From Octopus vulgaris (taxonomy: Eukaryota): a DNA stretch of 64,000 nt. The notes beneath the pieces were generated by a model that was not told the origin of the DNA, did no database searches, and worked only from the letters and a program-made list of their open reading frames with translations. The position numbers and the translations under genes are program-made. The stretch spans positions 42,532,001 through 42,596,000 of the forward strand of contig OX597833.1 in assembly GCA_951406725.2 (NCBI GenBank), given 5' to 3'. Shown piece by piece: positions 10,713-23,464 of the stretch. Each line of letters starts with the position of its first letter. The first letter of the stretch is position 1.

Positions 10713-13700
10713 AAAACAGTAAATAAAAGAAATGGTAATCACACTTGATAATGTATAATACAGACATCACCTAATTTACAATGAGCCTTTCAAAGGGTCA
10801 GTTCTAAGAGGTCAGTGTACAGTTTCGGTTCTATGATGTTATGTGTACAAGAATTAAATGGCTTGAATTGGCTTCAACTAAGAATGGAAATCTTGTCACA
10901 GTCAACCTCTGCTATTAGTATTCATCATATTAGGTTTGTATATTTTTTTAGTTTGCTGCCCTAGGTTCAAGTTACTGCATGGGTCTAGTTTATGCAGAAA
11001 CCTATTTCAGTCTGTTCTCTGGGAATTGTATTGAAATCTTTCAGGATCACAGTATGGTATAAGCGTGTGATATTTAAGGGTGTGTGATGGATGATACGAG
11101 TGTATTATAGGTGTGTGGCGGATGGTATGAGTATGTGATGATTCGTATGGATGAAAATATGAGGAGAAAAGTGTTGTGTGTTGAGAAGAAAATTCTCATG
11201 GCACAAAAAGAAAAAAAACTACTGAGCTATCTAACATTTCAAACATGACAGAGGTGATTGTAAATACTACCAGCTGACTGGCATCCATGCTAGTGGAGCA
11301 CTAAGAGCACCATCTGAGCGTGATTGTTGCCAGAGCGGCTAACTGGCGTTTGTGCCGGTGGCACGTAAAAAACACCATACGAGTGTGATCGTTACAAGTG
11401 TTGCCTTACTGGCACTTGTGCTGGTGTGCAGGTGACACATAAAAAAAAAAAGACGATTTTTTTCGTGGCTGTTGCTAGTACCGCCTGACTGGCCCTTGTG
11501 CCGGTGGCACATAAAAACACCCACTACACTCTCGGAGTGGTTGGCATTAGGAAGGGCATCCAGCTGTAGAAACTGCCAGATCAAGATTGGAGCCTGGTGC
11601 AGCCATCTGGTTCGCCAGTCCTCAATCAAATCGTCCAACCCATACTAGCATGGAAAGTGGACGTTAAACGATGATGATGAACAGATCTATCATCCTTACT
11701 TCCAACACCTGTGTCTCTTTTTCCAGTAGCAACCGGTATATTTTCTATCAAACCAAATCTTGCTGTTCTACATCACTCTTCATAAATTTGAGAAATGTAA
11801 ATCGTTACCTTTTATACCAGCAAAACTTTTGATTATGTCTGACATGAGAACCTCCTAGCTCAGTTGCCTGCCTATGATCTCCAATTGCTCTTGTTTTAGA
11901 CTAGAAGTTTTCTGTCAAAGGGTTAGGATAAGACAGAACACTCCAGCCTATACTCTATTAATTTTGGTATATCCCAAAATTTGTTTAATTCTCTCAAGCT
12001 TGTCAAGGGTTTCTTAGCTTAATAGTACAGAGAGTTATGACAAAGAACTGAAACATCTGGTGCATTACTGTATTCAAGAAGATCTGTCCACAGCAGGATT
12101 AGTTCTGGTGATGCATAAAAAGCACTGGCACTGATGCTATGTTATTAGCACTGGTGCTGGTTCCACAAAATGCATTCAGTACACTATGTGGAATGGTTGG
12201 TGTTAGGAAGGGCATCCAGCTGTAGAAACCACACCAGAGCAGAAAATAGACCCTGCTGCAGCCCTTGGCCCTACCAGTTCGGTCAAACTGTCCAACCCAT
12301 GCCAGCATGGAAAACGGATGTTTTATTTATTTTTTTAAGGGCATCCAGCTGTAAAAACCATACCAAAACAGACACAGCAGTCTGGCCAGCTCCTGTCAAA
12401 CCATCCAACCTATGCCAGCAGGGAAGGTGGACTTTAAATGATGACCATGATGATTAATGATCTCCTTATTCTTACTTCTGACTACTCCTTACACAGGAGC
12501 TAACCACTCGCCACTTCTTCACATCTAGACATCATCCATAAGTAGCTGCATACCAGCACTGCATTGCTCCTATGAACTGAGACAACCTGAACAAACTTAT
12601 CAGTATGGACATAACCTACTACAACAGTAATAAAAATACAATTGGCTCATATATCAAGGAAATGACCTTATACAACACAATATTCATGAGAAAGGAAATA
12701 ACCCCTCAAAGCTACATAAGAAATCTTATGATTGTTTACGGAAACATTACATATATAACATTGTCAAAACTTTGTTTCAACACTAGGTTTACTCTTCTGA
12801 GTAAAGTAAAATAAAATACTTAAGTTTTCTCCAGTTGCTGACCCTCTACAAAGCACAAGACCCACAATATTGCTGTTACACATACACATCCTAGCCCAAA
12901 GTTCTCAAGTGGCATGCTGCAAGATGTATCAAGGTGCACTGTAAATTCTTAAAAAACGTAATTTAAGAGTTCAAAAAATCCATACCAGTTCTTGGAAGAA
13001 CCAACAGTGGTGAGAGAAAGGAAAGAAATTATCCTCAAACCAGAAACTTGGCTCAAATGCTTGCAAGCTCTATTTAAGGCACCAAAGGACCAGCTGATGG
13101 TGTTAAACCAAGCAGCAGATTAAGTCTACCATTCAGAACTCAAAACTCAAAGAGCCAGAACAACTACCACAAGGCATCTCATCCAATGCTGTAATGATTC
13201 CACCAATCTACTGGTCTGGACTGGCATTTAATTTAATTGATTTGGTAAAAATGAATGTCAAAGTTGACCTTGCTAGGAATTCAGAATGCAGAGAGCCAGA
13301 GCATAAACCAGAGATAACTAGACATCAGGTACATCAGGTAACTAGGAAAGGAGTTGTAAGAAGCAATGTTCTGTGATAAGAGGATCAGAGGCATGAGGTG
13401 TTTGTTCCAGATTACAAAGTAATATGTGCATGTGAATCAAAACGTTATTGGAGAAAAGTGTATATAGAATAACAGAGGCACATTTGTTCTTATTGACACT
13501 GAGAAGAAAAAGGCTTGGAAATATTACTAGGAAAGGTTGCTGAATGAAAAAAGTATCTCATGCTGAATAAGAATAACTAACAGCAAGACCAACTGTTCAG
13601 TCAAAAGCATAGCTTAATATATGAAGAGAGAGAAGGTAGTTGGGTCATCAGGGATAGTTGCTGAAATGCTAACGTGTTTAGTCACCCACATTGTCAATGA

Positions 13701-13745
13701 TGTGGTACAAGAAGGTGTCACACACAATGACTGACATAGTAGTAT

Positions 13746-14162
13746 CTATTTCTTTACTACCCACAAGGGGCTAAACAAAGAGGGGACAAACAAAGACAGA
13801 CAAATGGATTAAGTCGATTACATCGACCCCAGTGTGAAACTGGTACTTTATTTATCGACCCCGAAAGGATGAAAGGCAAAGTCGACCTCGGCGGAATTTG
13901 AACTCAGAGCGTAACGGCAGACGAAATACCTATTTCTTTATTACCCACAAGGGGCTAAACACAGAGGGGACAAACAAGGACAGACATAGGTATTAAGTCG
14001 ATTACATCGACCCCAGTGCGTAACTGGTACTTAATTTATCGACCCCGAAAGGATGAAAGGCAAAGTCGACCTCGGTGGAATTTGAACTCAGAGCGTAACG
14101 GCAGACGAAATACCGCAAAGCATTCCGCCCGGCGTGCTAATGTTTCAGCCAGCTCGCTGCCT
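13746..14162 (-). mobile_element. Dimeric SINE family A inserted as one unit
   Basis: Full unit + 5'-truncated unit, flanked by a single 16-bp TSD actgacatagtagtat (13730-13745, 14163-14178). Confidence 0.85.
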
Positions 14163-14613
14163 ACTGACATAGTAGTATTATCACCAGGTGTTATAGGTCA
14201 AAGATGTTTTAGAGAGAAGAATGTGAAGTGGAATCAAACTAATAGATCAAGCTAGGAAAGTAAGAGGAAGAGCTATAGTACAACTGATTAAGACAAAAGT
14301 TAACATAGTTGAAATGCAATTCAGGTTTGCACCACCAAAACCTTAGTCCTATTGAATTAGAAGAGAAGTTGTTAGTTATGAACAAATCACTATACCTAGT
14401 GGTCTTGAGAAGGCCATTCACACTGTATCATGCACTGTTGTATGGCTGCTAAGAAAACTAGTTGTAAATTAATGACTCGTTAGATGATGTCAAGAAGGTA
14501 AGACTTGGCAATGAGGCATTTAGTGTGCTGGTAGGTGTAACATCAGGTAGTCCTCAGTTTACAGCCCATTTTGTTTATAAAAAGGTTTTCCAGGCTCTAA
14601 TAAGGTAGTTTAA

Positions 14614-14821
14614 CCCTTTTGATACCAACCCGGCCAAAACCACCTCTGGCTTTGAGTACAAATGTCTTGTTTTCATAAGTACTGAATTAAAATCTTCCAC
14701 CAAACCTTAGTCACAATTTATGTTCCTAAAACTAGCTTAATGATAACTAAGTTTTTTGTTATATTTAAAATTAATTGAATGAAACACAGAGCATCTGAAA
14801 AGAAATACGGTAACAAAAGGG
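14614..14821. mobile_element. piggyBac-like MITE
   Basis: TTAA|CCCTTTTGATACC ... GGTAACAAAAGGG|TTAA. Confidence 0.85.
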
Positions 14822-16030
14822 TTAAAACTGGCACTTAGTGGAAGCTCTTGTGTACCATTTGGAAAGTGGTCAGGATAAATATGCAGAAAAAAAGTAGGAA
14901 TTTCATACAATGCACTCTATAGGTAAATGAGAGATGTGATGGGATTGTAGGTAGGCTAAGGCAGTGAACTGGCAGAATTGTTAGCATGCTGGACGAAATG
15001 CTTAGCAGTATTTCGCCTGTCACTACGTTCTGAGTTCAAATTCTGCCGGGGTCGACTTTGCCTTTCGACCTTTCAGGTCAATGAAATAAACACCAGTGAA
15101 ATACTGGGGGTTGATGTGATCGACTAGTCCCCTCCCCTAAGTTTCAGGCCTTGTTCCTATTGTAGAAAAGGATTGTAGGTAGGCTGACACGGTAGGTAAA
15201 CTTTATATGTTGCAGATCTACAGTTGTTAGCAATAGCAGCACTCATAAAATAAATCCTTTCAAATACCCAGAAGGTTTCATAGAAGCAAGCAGTTGAATG
15301 CTTTTATTACTTGTGAGAGCTAATTAGCAGTGGAGGTAGGTACATAGATAGCATGGTAGCCAGTGTAAGGAAGAAGTGGAAAAAGTTTAGCAAGCTACTA
15401 CCTCTGCTGACAGCAAATGGATTCTTTTTTCAAGAGAAGGATAAATTGTATGAGGCTCGTGTATGAAGTGTGATGTTGATTAGAAATCATAGGCATTGAA
15501 TGTAGGTGAGTTGTAAAGGCCAAAGAAAAATGATATGAAAATGTTCTGCTGGATGTGCAATATAACTATGAATGAAAGACAGAGCACAAATGAGCTGAGG
15601 AATTAAATGTAGTGTGCATGATAAGAGACAGCAGTGGTAAAGAAGACACTAATGAATATGGAGAATGATAATTGGGTAATAAAATATAAAGCAACCCAAA
15701 TAGACAGAACAAGCTGATGAGGAAGACACAGGTTGATATGAAAAGAAATGGTGAAGACTGATCTCACAATCCTGGACTTCACAAATGTGTTTCTTTATTA
15801 CCCACAAGGGGCTAAACATAGAAGGGACAAACAAACGGATTAAGTCGATTACATCGACCCCAGTGCGTAAATGGTAATTAATTTATCGACCCCAAAAGGA
15901 TGAAAGGCAAAGTCGACCTTGGCGAGGCAAGGTACTGTGACAAGTGGCAAAGAAGACCCGCCAGCTCATGCAAGTATACAAAAATGGATAAAGGAAAGAT
16001 GATGAAAAATATTTATATCATATATATATA

Positions 16031-16424
16031 AGTGGCTGTGTGGTAAGTAGTTTGCTTACCAACCACATGGTTCTGGGTTCAGTCCCACTGCGTGGCACCT
16101 TGGGCAAGTGTCTTCTACTATAGCCTTGGGTCGACCAAAGCCTTGTGAGTGGATTTGGTTGGAAACACAAAGAAGCCTGTTGTATATATGCATATATATG
16201 TGTGTGTGTGCATGTGTGTATGCTTGTGTGTCTGTGTTTGTTCCCGCAACATCGCTTGACAAACTGATGCTGGTGTGTTTACATCCCCGTAAATTAACGG
16301 TTCAGCAAAAGAGACTGACAGAATAAGTACTAGGCTTACAAAGAATAAGTCCTGGGGTTGACTTGCTTATCTAAAAAAGGCGGTGCTCCAGCATGGCTGC
16401 AGTCAAATGACTGAAACAAGTAAA

Positions 16425-16426
<2 letters not shown>
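16031..16426 (+). mobile_element. tRNA-derived CORE-like SINE family B (GGCTGTGTGGTAAG head, internal TA/TG microsatellite)
   Basis: B-box GGTTCAGTCCC, CORE-like ACCTTGGGCAAGT, tail ..GACTGAAACAAGTAAAAG. Many copies: ~16661-17075, 18403-18722, 23737-23940, 27456-27823, 32182-32540, 41849-42250, 45296-45685, 46297-46745, 50030-50330, 62330-62490, 63905-64000 (+) and 2735-3130, 5420-5562, 29800-30197, 54195-54515 (-). Confidence 0.85.
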
Positions 16427-16465
<39 letters not shown>

Positions 16466-16467
<2 letters not shown>

Positions 16468-16656
16468 AGGGGGTGCTGAAAAAGGCCTGGTTGGAGGCGT
16501 AACTTTCTGAGTTCTTTTACAGGGCTTAGAAAAACTGAAGGACCACTGCAATAAGTGCGTGAATCTGAAAGGGGAATATGTTGAATAAAATCATAATTAA
16601 CTGATCCTCCTATATTTTCTTTTACCCAAAGGTTGGAACTTTTTAACACCTCCTCG
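16466..16656 (+). mobile_element. Internally deleted mariner derivative (MITE)
   Basis: Imperfect TIRs caagggggtgctgaaaaag / ctttttaacacctcctcg|TA; the body matches the 3' end of the mariner at ~60380-60546. Confidence 0.75.
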
Positions 16657-16819
16657 TATATGTAGGTGTGGTTGTGTGGTAAGAAGTTTGCTTCCCAACC
16701 ACATGGTTCCAGGTTCAGTCCCACCGAGTGGCACTTGGACAAGTATCTTTTACGATAACCTCGGGCCAAACAAAGCCTTGTGAGTGGATTTGGTAGATGG
16801 AAACAGAAAGAAGCCTGAC

Positions 16820-16881
<62 letters not shown>

Positions 16882-17112
16882 CTGTGTTGTCCCCCACCAT
16901 CGCTTGACAACCGATGTTGGTGTGTTTACGTCCCTGTAACTTAGCGGTTTGGCAAAAGCGCCCGATAGACTAAGTACTAGGCTTACAAAGAATAAGTCCT
17001 GGGGTCGATTTGTTCGACTAACGGCGGTGCTCCAGCATGGCCACAGTCAATTAAATGACTGAAACAAATAAAAGAATATATATATATATATATATATGTG
17101 AGTGTGTGTGAA

Positions 17113-17433
17113 GGCGTATGGCTCAGTGGTTAGAGCGTCGAGCTTACGATCGTGAGGTTGTGAGCGCGAATCCCGGGCCGGGCTGCGTGTTGTGTTCTTG
17201 AGTAAGACACTTTATTTCACGTTGCTCCAGTTCACTCAGCTGTAGAAATGAGTTGCGACGTTACAGGTACCAAGCTGTATCGTCCCCTTTGCCTTTCCCT
17301 TGGATAACACTGGTGGCGTGGAGAGGGGAGGCCAGTATGCATGGGCGACTGCTGGTCTGCCATAAACTTGTGCCTGGGAGGGTAACTTTCTAAGTGCAAT
17401 CCCATGGTCTGCGTCGTGACCAAAGGAGGTCTC
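17113..17433 (+). mobile_element. tRNA-derived SINE family D
   Basis: GGCGTATGGCTCAGTGGTTAGAGC A box, then GTTGTGTTCTTGAGTAAGACACTT core; relatives at ~1608-1845 (+) and 23470-23717 (-). Confidence 0.75.
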
Positions 17434-17854
17434 ATATATATAAATATACATAGAACCCCTAAATTAGCAATATTATCACGCTTCTTATGCTTCACTGATC
17501 GGAACAACATTACTTTCAACTTCGTCAAAGCCTAAAAACATAAACAGAATACACACCTACTTTCATATATATACATTTATTGGTTTTATTCATTTGACTG
17601 TGGTCATGCTGGGACATAGGTCCATTTCATGGCTTTAGTCAATCATATCAACACTAGTAGTCATTTCAGTTTGCTGGGGTCATTTATGATCTGTCGGACT
17701 TACTAAGTCATGACACAAAACGGGCTACTAGTATAAACTACATCAGGTTTTAGACTGTAAACACAAAGACATATATATATATATATGTAGGTCCCGGGTT
17801 GAGCCGGGGTTAACCACAGTAAATAAGGTACTCAATACATAGCAGAGTAAATTA

Positions 17855-17939
17855 ATTTATTTTATAGAAGGAGCTTCCTGATGATTTCATTTGAATGAAA
17901 CAGTTCTAGTCCTGTAGAAGCTCCTTCTATAAAATAAAT
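17855..17939 (+). ncRNA. Type I hammerhead ribozyme motif with 23-bp stem I
   Basis: Stem I 17855-17877/17917-17939 perfect; CUGAUGA 17878-84; short stem II (UUC/GAA closed by U.U); GAAA 17897-900; stem III ACAG/CUGU; cleavage triplet GUA ending 17916. Confidence 0.8.
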
Positions 17940-17945
17940 AAATAA

Positions 17946-18002
<57 letters not shown>

Positions 18003-18344
18003 CATACATACATACATTTATACAGGGCAAGCTTCTGAAAAGTTTCCATTCAGCAAATTCCCCACACAAGGTATAACTCGAAGCTATTAGAAGTCACTCG
18101 CCTTATGTACTGTGCAATGGGATTGAAACCAGGGTCCGAACTTTCTAATCAGAGTTATGCTTTCGTATATATCATAAACTAAACAAGTTTTCGTTGCTAC
18201 TCGAGTTACAAGTTTTCTAATGTTTCAGTCATATGAAAGATCGGTCAAAATTTCTAAAGCCTTAGTTTAAATAAAAACATAAACCAACTCTACTCCATGT
18301 GTAGGGTACTATCTTCCTCTTTCGTTTACGAACTGTAACATTTG

Positions 18345-18404
<60 letters not shown>

Positions 18405-19199
18405 GCTTCTGCTATAGCTCCGGGACGACCAATGCCTTGTGAGTTGATTTGGTAGACGGAAACTGAAAGAAGCCTGTCGTATATATGTATATATATATAT
18501 AAGTGTGTGTGTATATGTTTGTGTGTCTGTGTTTGTCCCCCCAGCATTGCTTGACAACCGATGCTGGTGTGTTTACGTCCCCGTCACTAAGCGGTTCGGC
18601 AAAAGAGACCGATAGAATAAGTACTGGGCTTACAAAGAATAAGTCCCGGGGTCGATTTGCTCGACTAAAGGCGGTGCTCCAGCATAGCTGCAGTCAAATG
18701 ACTGAAACAAGTAAAAGAGTAAAAATATATATCGTTAGTAATCTATTTGTTTGATCACGGGAACAATTGCATTGAATTCTACCTTGAGGATAAGTGGCAG
18801 AGTAACTCAAATAGAGTAACGAAAGTGTGACAGTAACACGAACATCTATCACCTTGATGTAAACTTTAGTTAAAATCACTAACATTCAGTGTACGAAACG
18901 AGGTTCAACTATATAAATGACAGGAACAGTCCACTTGTCGGTCACGCACACGATTCTCAGCTGTCCAATTTCACTCACAAGGTTGAGGCGACCTGAGGCA
19001 TTGGCAGAAGACACTAGCTCAAGGTGTCACGCAGTAGTATCGAAATACATTTCACATACTTGCTCGACGTAGATACTCAACCTGCTAGAAATAACAACCG
19101 AATCTCCTTCAAAGTACACATTACCGTCTTAAAAAAAAAGGACACATAGAGAATGTAGTTGTGGATATGCTTAAATTATAGGAATGCTGGATCAGGACT

Positions 19200-19515
19200 A
19201 GTTGGGGTTAAACAACAATAACGCGAAAAAATACATTAAATAATGAAGTCCTCGGCATATTACGTCCGAAAAACAAAAAAAAAAAAAAAAAGAAAACGAT
19301 AGGATCTTTACAAGAACGTTTTGATTTTATATCTGTTGGATTTGGGTCCGACCTGGGGCCAAGTAGTAACAACATAAGAATCGAAAAGACAAGGTGGCGT
19401 GAATATATATGAAAATACATTCTTCACAAGCATATCTTGAATAGTTTAGTTTTCTGTGCACGAAAATATAAACATATATATTGAATATACGTGTGTGCGT
19501 GTATACATATACACA

Positions 19516-19556
<41 letters not shown>

Positions 19557-20107
19557 TAGATAGATACTTTGATTTCTGTGTATATATTCTCTCTCTCATA
19601 TATATAAATATGAGAACGGAGTTTCATAGAAATATAGTAATGTTTAGAAACAATTCAGAAGGTAATACCAACCTGTTTTTGATTCTGAAATCCCATTAGG
19701 ATATTATATTAAGCTTTTTTTTTCTGCGATAATATCACATACATAAAAAGAAAAATGAAAACTGTGACAATCGCTTTGTTTTTAAATAATCCATCAATAT
19801 TAACGTTTCAAAATATGTATTGTACATAGTTCTACCGCAGGCGCACATAAAAATATGTATTGCTATATATACACCATATAATTTCATCCATACAAATATA
19901 TATAAATATGTGTAAAGCTTCGGTCAATTCATAGATTTTCTTGGTGGCGTTGAATAGATCGACACCGTTTGAGGTTAATAATTTACTTCTAAGCAAGAAG
20001 AGCGTTATCATTAGCCATTCAAGTAAATTGTTGTTGCTCTCTGTCTCTCTCTCTCTCTTTGCCCGGAAACTATTTATGTCATCTACAGCTGTCACCTTTC
20101 ACCGGTA
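19200..20107. promoter_or_regulatory. Candidate bidirectional promoter / 5' region shared by the zinc-finger and BAG1-like genes
   Basis: Divergent gene orientation; TE-poor and relatively CpG-retaining; (CT)n tract ~20037-20057 and ETS-like CCGGAA at 20063-20068 just upstream of the BAG1 ATG. Confidence 0.4.
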
Positions 20108-20183
20108 ATGTTCAATTTCTTTTCTCTCCTGAACATGTCAACCGGCGTTGTGGAGAATGTCTTAAAGTTAGTTTGTTCTCACG
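20108..20183 (+). CDS. BAG1: BAG1-like exon 1 (MFNFFSLLNMSTGVVENVLKLVCSH-G)
   Basis: ATG 20108 or 20135; donor cacg|GTAAGA at 20184; phase 1 matches exon 2. Confidence 0.8.
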
Positions 20184-23100
20184 GTAAGATTTCTTTTTTT
20201 TTATTTGTCTTCACAACAACAGCTAAAATTCATTTTAATGACGTAAAATTTCTTTGTATTGCCTTTCAAAATTTTAACTGTTATTATTGATTTTTTTTCA
20301 CTCTGTTTCGGCCAGAACTTCAGCTTGTTTTCGTTTCACAAAAATAGGTTAAGTCATTGATTTGTGTCATGAAAGTATGTATCGGAGAGAGAGACATACC
20401 AAAAGTGAAAGCTTCTGTGTGTTGGTGAGAGCGTCGCATTGTTTTTGAGGTTTATTCTAGTATATAAACACAAAAATACATACTTTATTAAATTGATTGT
20501 ACGAAAATCGGTATAACGAGAAACTTGTACCTGTCGACATTTCAGCTTAGAATAAAAATTTATAACCTACGATACACCCTTAATTTCTTTGCACGGAGAA
20601 TTATGACTGTTTTAAGTTTTCTTCCTATAAAAGGCTGATCAAGGACAAAATAATAAAAGAATGCGACGCTTTCACGTTATCCGTACAATCAAACTTGTTT
20701 GCAATCACCCTAATATGTTAAGAAATAAAGGGCTCATTGAATGATTCTGATGAAAAGAAAAAGGAATGATTATAGATGGAACATCTTTGATTACAAGTCT
20801 ACTGATTATAAAACTCGCCTGTCGTTTAATAACACTACCAAAATATGATATTACAAACAATAACAGTGACAGTTCAAGTTAACAAGGTACTTCTAAAGGC
20901 AAGATTTCCTTTCGTACCCACCCAACAAGCAGCACCGCCCCCGAAAAAAATTTGGGAGAAAATGATGGGACGGGAGGAAGTCCATCCCTTCTAAATACTA
21001 ATTCAACAAGCTAGAAATAGCAGCCAAATTATCTTAAAATTACATGCTACCATCTTTAAACTGACCGGTTAAAGTAGTTCTACCTAGACACTACTTTAGA
21101 AGATAGGGGTATGGCTAGAATCCCTTTGATCATAGACTCCTCAGTTGTATTTGACAAGGAGCTAAACGACAAAGTCAATATTACCTACAGTTACATTTTC
21201 TTATTATCAACAGCAACTACACCACTAGCGATGCCAACAACTACTTGCTTCAACTTCTATGTCAGACATTCCAACACTGGGGTAACTGTCGCCAGAGAGT
21301 AACTTCCTGATTCTGAATTTGTGTGCGTATATATATATATATTCCAACAAAGAGGTTGTGAATCCAACCAACAAAGGGATAATATCTATCCAATATACTG
21401 CTGGTAGAATACCCAATTATTAATATACAAGTGTTTTTTATTTCATTGCAATTACATTACCGAGTGTACTAACATATATGTAAGGTATATGTAACATATA
21501 TATTATGCATGTATGTATATTCTTGTAATTATCATTTTAGTAAATAAATACATAAGTGTAAAAAGACTACGTATGTTTCGTGGCTATAACTTCAATTCAA
21601 ATTACAATTAAATTGAAATTTAATCAAAAAACAATTCACTTTAAAAGTATAGTCACTCCTCAGGTCAACAATAATAACAATAATAGTTAAATAAATAATC
21701 AAATAGAATTAAACAATATTTCTTAAAGAAATAAAATCATGATTCTTCTTATAGAAGAAACTCCGTTAGCTAAATTTGAAACTTAAAAAGTAGGACCAGG
21801 TATCTATAATACATTTATCATGTTAAAAACCTAAATATAGAGTAAATAGATAAAAAAACGTATTTTATCTGTGAAGATATATTTTAGCTTTGAGAATAAC
21901 ATTAACAAACTATAGTATATCTTTTCACTACCTATACTCTAATATTTTACATTACAAACTATTTTACAAATCAATCACACATAATACTTTTAGATTTTAG
22001 TTCAATATAATAATTATAATTAACAAATAAAGCAATTAAAAATCCATATTTTTGCAATCAATAAACATATAAATAAATAAATTACTCCATTATTTCTTAA
22101 ATATTATACTTATCATTCCGAAAATATTTATGAAATAAAAAATAAAAAATTCCAAAACTAAAAACATATTACTTATTGTTTATAAAATTAGTTGCGAAAA
22201 AGTACTTATTATTATGTATATATAATTATTTCCTTGTGTGTGTGTGGTGGATAGACATGCCCAAACCAAAAAAACCCATGGTGTTGACACAAATGCTTTA
22301 CACTGTAACAGTAGACACCCTATCACTTGCTAATTACATCCGGCATCAAAACACTGCTACTACTTCTACTACAGTAACAACAACAACAAACCTGTTTATA
22401 TATTCCAACGTGACTTTATTCAAGTTTTAAAGAAATGCATGGTTGGTGGATTCTAGGAATTCAACACAACTGAATTTTAAACCCTGGCTCCGGTTACTTG
22501 ACGTTGATAATGATAGATAATTAAAGTTTATCACGTTTTTGCTTTATCATAAGATAAAGTTTCTGTTTAGCTCTGGATCAGCTCTGATCATGATCATGGT
22601 TTAGGTGTTCTAACCATGAGCATCTATTCATTTATTATTATTTTCCCATCAAAAATGTATCCCAAACTACCTAATCCAGTCTGTCCCTTAATAGAACTGT
22701 ACGGTGTGATTTGAAGGAGATTTAGCTATAATTTCTAATGGATCCAGAGACCACATGGATGATCTCTAACTCACTGATTAATTTAAGGAACATGTGTAAA
22801 TCAGACTTAGGCAAACTTTTGTAAGAAGTGGGCTGCATGAGACACGGCTCATCGTCAGACGGCTGCATATTAAAAACATTCCAGAGTAATTTTTAGTGAA
22901 GCATGCAATTCTGAGAGCCCCACAGGCACCAGGTTGCCCACAACTGATGAAAATAATTCACTGATGCAAAACCTGTTTGTTTATGCTGAATCTATATGTC
23001 TTAATTAGTGCGTGTATGATGAGAGGTGGGGGTCTGCGAGGGGCTTCGATTATAGCCTTTGTAGGTTCTCACCAGCCCTTCCCTGTCAGTGTCAATGTGA

Positions 23101-23413
23101 AGGTCAGTTGTCAGGATCATCATGTTTATGGAGAAAAGACTGAAACAAGGAATAATTCCAGAGGGTGATTAAACTGGGGAAGAAGGATTGTGTGGGAGGG
23201 GTGTTTAGTGTTATATGTGGAGGAGGGGGAGGTTGAGAGGAGTGAAAGACAGAGTTGGTTGAGTGGTTAAGGTTCTTGTGTTTTGAGTTCAAATCTCATT
23301 CAGGGTCAACTTGGACTTCCTTCTTTTCGGAATCAGTTAATATACAGTACCAGTTATATACTGGGGAAGAGTCTCCTTGGCTATGGTTGAACTGTTTGTA
23401 TACATATGTTGTG

Positions 23414-23464
<51 letters not shown>

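Larger units (their letters stand above)
13330..15990 (+). mobile_element. Old, heavily degraded RTE LINE interrupted by SINEs and a MITE
   Basis: Broken translations such as ..SVRKKWKKFSKLLPLLTANGFFFQEKDKLYEARV.. at ~15360-15460 match the RTE relic at 24250-24350. Confidence 0.55.

Noticed and set aside
10575-10742. N-terminal 56 aa of the 1501-aa ORF
   Set aside because: Begins at a non-ATG codon in intron-like sequence and runs through a polypyrimidine tract/acceptor; more likely intron plus 5' UTR.
17113-17185. tRNA gene
   Set aside because: tRNA-like A/B boxes run directly into a repeated SINE body; the same holds for the other SINE heads, and no clean cloverleaf with terminator is present.
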